Shown here: one piece after another, positions 62,569-64,000 of the stretch
How the letters are laid out: the number at the start of each line of letters is the position of its first letter
Position numbering within the stretch: position 1 is the first letter of the stretch
Source of the DNA: Terriglobia bacterium
GTDB lineage: Bacteria > Acidobacteriota > Polarisedimenticolia > Polarisedimenticolales > JAIQFR01
Direction: 5' to 3'
Length of the DNA stretch: 64,000 nt
Assembly (NCBI GenBank): GCA_963748015.1
Contig: CAVVHE010000005.1
Span: 96,001-160,000 of the forward strand
Program-made: the position numbers and the translations under genes
The notes under the pieces: generated by a model
What the model saw: the letters and a program-made list of their open reading frames with translations, nothing else
The model's database searches: none
What the model was told of the DNA's origin: nothing

Positions 62569-63786
62569 ATGAACGCCCGTAGCGTGTCCAATCCGCAATT
62601 GGGGGATCCGGTTGTCGCGGTGCGCGGCTTGACCAAGGTGTTCAAGGATTTCTGGGGCCGCCCAAAGGCCCGGGCGGTGGACAACGTGGATTTTGACGTG
62701 CGGCGCGGCGAGGTGTTCGGGTTGCTGGGGCCCAACGGGTCCGGTAAGACCACCACGGTGAAGCTGTTGCTCGGCCTGTTGAATCCCACCAAGGGCCACA
62801 TCGAGGTGTTCGGCCATTCGCCCAGACACGTGGCGACCAAGGCGCGCATCGGTTACCTGCCCGAGGAATCCTATCTCTACCGGTTTCTGGATTCGCGCGA
62901 GACCATCGATTTCTTCGGCAACCTCTTCCATCTGCCCAAGGCGGAACGGGCCAAGCGCGCGGAGCAGTTGCTCGAGATGGTTGGACTGAGCCAGACCCGC
63001 ACCCGGGCGGTGGGCGAGTTCTCCAAGGGCATGCAGCGTCGGATCGGCCTGGCACAGGCGCTGATCAACGATCCCGACCTGGTGATCCTGGATGAACCGA
63101 CGTCCGGGCTGGACCCCATTGGGTGTCGCGAGGTGAAGGACCTCATCATCGCCCTGGCCCGACGCGGCAAGACGGTGATCCTGAGCAGTCATCTGCTGGC
63201 GGATGTCGAGGATGTGTGTGATCGCGCCGTGATCTACTACGGGGGCCGGGTGCAGGCCAATGGCGCCCTCCAGGAGTTGCTGGCCAAGCCGGATTCCGTC
63301 CGGATCACCACGCCCGCTCTGCCGCGGGAAACCCTCGAGCAGGTGCTCGGGTTGATCCGAAGGGATGTTGCCGCGGACAAGATTCACGTGGAGACGCCCC
63401 AGCAAAACCTGGAGAGCTACTTCCTCGGCGTCGTCGAGCGGGCTCGCCAGGCGGCTGCGGAGACGTCGGGGGCGACCTCTGGCGCCCGAGTGGCCGCTTA
63501 TCTGCGGAGTGACGGGATCGGATCGGTGCGACAGGACAAGCTCTTGGAACGGTTGTCCGCCCCGACCCGGCAGGAGGCTGTCACGGGCCCGGTGGCTCAA
63601 GGCGAGGTGGAACCTCAGGTGGACGCGTCCCGACTGGACCGGTTGAGCCGGCAGACGACTGTGCCGGCTGCGTCGCCCGCGCCGCGTTCCGAATCGTCCC
63701 CCGCCCCGGATGTATCGAAGGCGAACGAGAAGCTGGCGGCGTTGCTGCGATCCAAGGGCCACGACGAGGGCAAGCCCCAGACCTGA
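62569..63786 (+). CDS. ABC transporter ATP-binding protein with a C-terminal extension
   Basis: GPNGSGKTT, FSKGMQRR, ILDEPTSGLD. Confidence 0.93.
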   Translation: MNARSVSNPQLGDPVVAVRGLTKVFKDFWGRPKARAVDNVDFDVRRGEVFGLLGPNGSGKTTTVKLLLGLLNPTKGHIEVFGHSPRHVATKARIGYLPEESYLYRFLDSRETIDFFGNLFHLPKAERAKRAEQLLEMVGLSQTRTRAVGEFSKGMQRRIGLAQALINDPDLVILDEPTSGLDPIGCREVKDLIIALARRGKTVILSSHLLADVEDVCDRAVIYYGGRVQANGALQELLAKPDSVRITTPALPRETLEQVLGLIRRDVAADKIHVETPQQNLESYFLGVVERARQAAAETSGATSGARVAAYLRSDGIGSVRQDKLLERLSAPTRQEAVTGPVAQGEVEPQVDASRLDRLSRQTTVPAASPAPRSESSPAPDVSKANEKLAALLRSKGHDEGKPQT

Positions 63787-63794
63787 ACCGATTC

Positions 63795-64000
63795 ATGCAG
63801 TCCTTGCTGGCCATTGCGATGTTGACCTGGCGCGCCGCGTTCCGGTTCCGGCTGTTTGTGGTGGTGGCGGTCTTGTTGCTGGTGTCGGTGGTCGGGTTGC
63901 CGATCCTGCTCAAGGACGACGGCACGGTGCGGGGGTTCACGCAGATCCTGCTGACCTACACCCTGAGCGTCATCACGGCGCTGCTGGGGCTTTCAACCCT
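63795..64000 (+). CDS. ABC transporter permease (partial)
   Basis: MQSLLAIAMLTWRAAFRFR plus TM helices; runs off the right edge. Confidence 0.75.
   Translation, partial: MQSLLAIAMLTWRAAFRFRLFVVVAVLLLVSVVGLPILLKDDGTVRGFTQILLTYTLSVITALLGLST

Overview
GC-rich bacterial chromosome segment, probably Verrucomicrobia (Limisphaerales/Pedosphaera-like); this is inferred from repeat types and secreted-protein style, not from a marker search. Three zones: (1) 1-7548, a decaying defence island directly downstream of a TPP-riboswitch-controlled thiC, with two R-M pairs (one PvuII-like), two methyltransferase stubs, a wHTH+HEPN gene pair, a chimeric TIR gene and a diverged second copy of the thiC 3' half; (2) 7549-52986, core genes (thiC, ErpA-like, TPR protein, uvrA, czcCBA-type pump, argA cluster, rpmB, gyrB/gyrA, pdxH, GH20, leuD, gltA, tRNA-Asp, NYN protein, rimO, tRNA-fMet); (3) 52987-62450, an accessory region after tRNA-fMet with att-like remnants, two inverted beta-helix paralogues, an FGE-family fragment, cassette-like small genes and a broken IS1380. 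Many frameshifts fall in essential genes (gyrA, gyrB, argA), so the assembly is indel-prone and single-indel pseudogene calls are provisional. Strongest leads: a shared ~65-aa C-terminal F[FY]R[LV] domain on three secreted proteins (candidate sorting signal), Thr-Asn enrichment confined to exported proteins (candidate modification sequon), heptamer and REP-like repeats translated in frame inside housekeeping genes, and the thiC 3' end acting as a defence-cassette hotspot.
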